DNA of 64,000 nt from positions 41,973 to 105,972 of the forward strand of contig CAWHBN010000001.1 of assembly GCA_963827705.1 (NCBI GenBank), in the 5' to 3' direction. The position numbers and the translations under genes are program-made. Below are positions 61,401 through 64,000 of the stretch, piece by piece. Each line of letters begins with the position of its first letter. Position 1 is the first letter of the stretch. A model generated the notes under the pieces. That model made no database searches. It was not told the origin of the DNA and saw only the letters and a program-made list of their open reading frames with translations. This stretch comes from an uncultured Actinomycetes bacterium (GTDB lineage Bacteria > Actinomycetota > Thermoleophilia > Gaiellales > Gaiellaceae).

Positions 61401-63974
61401 TCAGCTCGGTGCGAGGGCCTCGTCGAGGGCGTCGGCTTGGCTGAGCTCGTGCCCTTCGGCCAGCCCCGCGACGAAGGCCGGGTCCGTGACATACGGGCCG
61501 AGCGTTCGCTCGTACCGCTCGCGCTCGAAGGGAAGAATCCGCAGGCCGCGCCGCCGCTCGATGCTCTCCACGGCCGCCCAGAGGTGTCCGGCCCGGGTCA
61601 GGTCGCCGGACGCCGCCGCGACGCAGGCGAGACCGGCGAGCGTCAGGAGGACGACGTTCGGCGTGTCGAGCTCCAGCGCCAGCGTCAGGCTCTCGCGATA
61701 GCGCTCGGAGGCCGCCGCGAGGTTCTCCGAGTCCAGCTCCAGGTCGCCCAACCCGTGCAGGGAGGCCATCACGAAGGACTTGTCCCCGAGCTCGCGCATC
61801 ACGTCGAGGCTCTCCTCGAACGCACGACGGGCTCCGGCCCGGTCGCCGGTGTCGCGTGACTCCTCCCCGATGTAATGCAGCGTCCGCGCGACGCCGCGCG
61901 GGTCCCCGAGCTCCCAGCAGAGCCTGATCGCCTCCTCGCGCAACTTCAGAGTCCGCTTTCGATCGCCGAGGGCCCAGGTGGAGTTGCCGAGCGTGTTGGC
62001 GAGCTCCGCGACCCGGCGTCGGTCACCGGCCGCGCGGGAGAGCGCGAGGCTCTCCTCGAGGGCACGGGCGGAACGCTCGAACTCTCCCTCCCAGAACAGG
62101 AGCGCGCCGAGCACGTGGAGCCCCGCGGCCCGAGCCGTCGGAGAAAGGCTGTCGGGCGCTTCGAGCGCCCGCTCGACCCAGCGGCGCGCCTCGGCCTCGT
62201 GTGCCCGCAGATGCCAGAAGGAGAGCAGGGACTCGGCGATCCGAAAGCCGAGCTCGACGTCCACCTCGAGGCTGCAGTCGAGCGCTGACCTGAAGTTGTC
62301 GAGCTCGGCCTCGACGCGGTCGAGCCACTCGCGCCCTGGACCGCGGAGGTGCGGCTCCGCAGCTTGCCCGAGCCGGGCGTAGAACTCCGCGTGGCGTCGA
62401 CGCAGGTCCGTGAGCTCACCGCGGAGATCGAGGCGCTCGCGTGCGTACTCCCGCACCGTTCCGAGCATCCGGAACCGCTCTCCGTCCTCGCGAACGAGGT
62501 TCTTGTCGACGAGCGAGGTAAGGGTGTCGAGGTCGGCGTCGCACACGGCCTCGGCGGCGTCGACGGTCCACCCACCTCGAAAGACCGCCAGCCGGTCGAA
62601 GAGGAGCCGCTCCTCCGTGGTGAGGAGCCCGTAGCTCCACTGGATCGTTGCGCGCAGCGTCTGCTGTCGAGCCGGCACGCCGCGATTCGCGGCGGCCAGG
62701 ACGGAGAGCCGGCGGTCGAGCCGCTCGAGCAGGACGTCGGGCGAGAGGACCTTCATGCGCGCCGCGGCGAGCTCGATCGCGAGGGGCAGGTTGTCGAGCC
62801 GTTCGCAGATCGCGGCGAGCTGGCGATAGTCGGCCTCGAAGTCGTACCTCGCGGCCTGTGCGCGCTGACGGAACAGCTCCACGGCCGGCGCTTCGGGGAG
62901 CGGGCGGATCCGGAACTCGCGCTCGCCTGGGATCCGCATCGGCTCGCGGCTCGTCGCGAGCACCGCGACGCCCGGAGCCGCAACCAGGAGCCGGGCGATG
63001 TCCGGAGCTGCATCGACGACCTGCTCCACGTTGTCGAGCACCAGCAGGTGCTGCCTGGTCCCGATCTTGGTCGCGAGGTCGCCCTCGATCCCGAGGGCAT
63101 CCGCGATCGTCGGCAGGACCACCTCGGGATCGCGGATCGGCGCCAGGTCGACGAAGGTGACCCCGTCGTCGTACGACTCGACGAGCTCCTGCGCCGCGGC
63201 GGTCGCGAGACGCGTCTTCCCTACGCCTCCCGGCCCCGTGATCGTCACCGCGCGAGCCCGGTTCCTCCCGAGCATGCGCACGAGGTCGCCGAGCTCGCGC
63301 TTGCGGCCGATCAGCGGGGACAGGTCGATCGGGAGCCGGGCCTGGTCGAGGCTCCGCAACGGCGGGAACTCTCCGGTGCCCAGCTGGAAGAGCCGGAGCG
63401 GCACCGGGAGGTCCTTGAGCCGGTGCTCACCGAGGTCGCGAACGTCGAAGGCGCCTTCGACCTGGTCTCCGGTCGGTTGCGTGAGGAGCACCTGGCCGCC
63501 GTGCCCCGCAGCCATCACCCGCGCGGCTCGGTGGACGTCCATGCCGACGTAGTCGTCGTCGGCGACGATCGGCTCGCCGCTGTGGATTCCCATCCGCACC
63601 CGGACACCGATCTCGGCCAGGGCGTCCTGCGCGGCGACCGCGGCCTCAACGGCGTCGGACGCTCGCTCGAAGGCGGCGAAGAACGCGTCGCCACCGGCGT
63701 CGACCACGACGCCACTGTGCTCGGCGATCGCCGAACGCATGACGCGGTTGTGCTGTGCGAGGAGCGCGGCGTAGTCGTCTCCGAGCTCGTCCAGCAGCCG
63801 CGTGGAGCCCTCGATGTCGGTGAAGAGAAAGGTGACTTTTCCCGTCGGGAGCGCAGCCGGTTGGTCAGGCGAGTGCAATCTCCACCGCCTCGTCGACGCC
63901 GAGCCGCCGGCCTTCGTCGTACTGCTCGGGATGGAGAGCGGCAGGCGGACCGCACCGCTCCTCGTAGAGGACAC
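61401..63974 (-). CDS. Class III cyclase domain + STAND NTPase + TPR protein (paralog of 58121..60571)
   Basis: KVTFLFTDIEGSTRLLDELG...GGDAFF...GMDVHRAARV, P-loop GPGGVGKTRLA, LLVLDNVEQV, then TPR-like repeats. By analogy with the paralog, the likely start is TTG 63878 rather than ATG 63974. Confidence 0.85.
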   Translation of the reverse strand: MSSTRSGAVRLPLSIPSSTTKAGGSASTRRWRLHSPDQPAALPTGKVTFLFTDIEGSTRLLDELGDDYAALLAQHNRVMRSAIAEHSGVVVDAGGDAFFAAFERASDAVEAAVAAQDALAEIGVRVRMGIHSGEPIVADDDYVGMDVHRAARVMAAGHGGQVLLTQPTGDQVEGAFDVRDLGEHRLKDLPVPLRLFQLGTGEFPPLRSLDQARLPIDLSPLIGRKRELGDLVRMLGRNRARAVTITGPGGVGKTRLATAAAQELVESYDDGVTFVDLAPIRDPEVVLPTIADALGIEGDLATKIGTRQHLLVLDNVEQVVDAAPDIARLLVAAPGVAVLATSREPMRIPGEREFRIRPLPEAPAVELFRQRAQAARYDFEADYRQLAAICERLDNLPLAIELAAARMKVLSPDVLLERLDRRLSVLAAANRGVPARQQTLRATIQWSYGLLTTEERLLFDRLAVFRGGWTVDAAEAVCDADLDTLTSLVDKNLVREDGERFRMLGTVREYARERLDLRGELTDLRRRHAEFYARLGQAAEPHLRGPGREWLDRVEAELDNFRSALDCSLEVDVELGFRIAESLLSFWHLRAHEAEARRWVERALEAPDSLSPTARAAGLHVLGALLFWEGEFERSARALEESLALSRAAGDRRRVAELANTLGNSTWALGDRKRTLKLREEAIRLCWELGDPRGVARTLHYIGEESRDTGDRAGARRAFEESLDVMRELGDKSFVMASLHGLGDLELDSENLAAASERYRESLTLALELDTPNVVLLTLAGLACVAAASGDLTRAGHLWAAVESIERRRGLRILPFERERYERTLGPYVTDPAFVAGLAEGHELSQADALDEALAPS

Positions 63975-64000
63975 GCCGCCGCAACGTGAAGCGGAGCCGC

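Noticed and set aside
58121-63974. Cyclic-nucleotide anti-phage system (Pycsar/CBASS-like), with the cyclase domains as sensors and the membrane gene as effector
   Set aside because: The cyclase domains are fused to STAND/TPR modules typical of actinobacterial regulators. The intervening membrane gene is decayed and has no cyclic-nucleotide-binding domain that I can see. There is no positive evidence for a defence role.
1-64000. rRNA, tRNA, tmRNA or RNase P genes
   Set aside because: I found no spacer long enough with cloverleaf-like or conserved rRNA sequence. All spacers over 100 nt were inspected by eye, without a covariance-model search.

Overview
High-GC (about 70%) chromosomal segment that looks actinobacterial. 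A deep-branching lineage such as Thermoleophilia or Rubrobacteria is only a guess, based on a Bacillus-style split b6-type Qcr complex next to menaquinone genes. I support about 60 protein genes. I saw no rRNA, tRNA, CRISPR array, transposase or integrase.

Layout from left to right:
- 1-6.7 kb: glycan-modification locus (two ATP-grasp ligases, deacetylase-like protein, Wzx flippase, methyltransferase, glycosyltransferase).
- 6.8-10 kb: secreted proteins (three 97-aa repeats; lamin-tail/collagen-like protein) and a GH24 lysozyme.
- 10-14.6 kb: DtxR-family regulator divergent from an operon encoding a multicopper oxidase (MCO), a ZIP transporter, two cupins and a methyltransferase.
- 14.7-16 kb: ArsR pair with an SRPBCC protein.
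- 16-24.6 kb: envelope genes (PIG-L deacetylase, O-antigen-ligase-like protein, GT-C-like membrane protein, PQQ-like propeller, FlgD-Ig protein, S1 protease).
- 24.6-34.1 kb: the most interesting block. A minus-strand string sbp-cysT-cysW-cysA, then sat-cysC-cysH, is translationally coupled to comA (phosphosulfolactate synthase), a split class-I fumarase-like Fe-S hydro-lyase and a short fumarate-reductase/NadB-like flavoprotein. The string has no sulfite reductase. Both transcription units carry the same GCTAAT-N7-ATTAGC palindrome.
- 34-38 kb: Fe-ADH, LysR regulator, PhoX/DUF839-like protein.
- 38-47.5 kb: second glycan locus (sugar transferase, AsnB, ASCH, DUF354, CapD, DegT, DedA, phosphodiester glycosidase).
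- 47.6-50.1 kb: ABC-2 exporter.
- 50.4-58 kb: long minus-strand respiratory/quinone operon (qcrABC, menG, polyprenyl synthase, PNPOx paralog, PNPOx-MenA fusion, glyoxalase, Rieske oxygenase).
- 58-64 kb: two paralogous proteins with a class III cyclase domain, a STAND NTPase domain and TPR repeats, flanking a decayed membrane-protein gene.

Several single-base reading-frame breaks (cysT, cysC, glyoxalase, possibly menG, plus the decayed gene) are either real pseudogenisation or assembly indels. All functional calls rest on motifs I recognise by eye. No database search was run.
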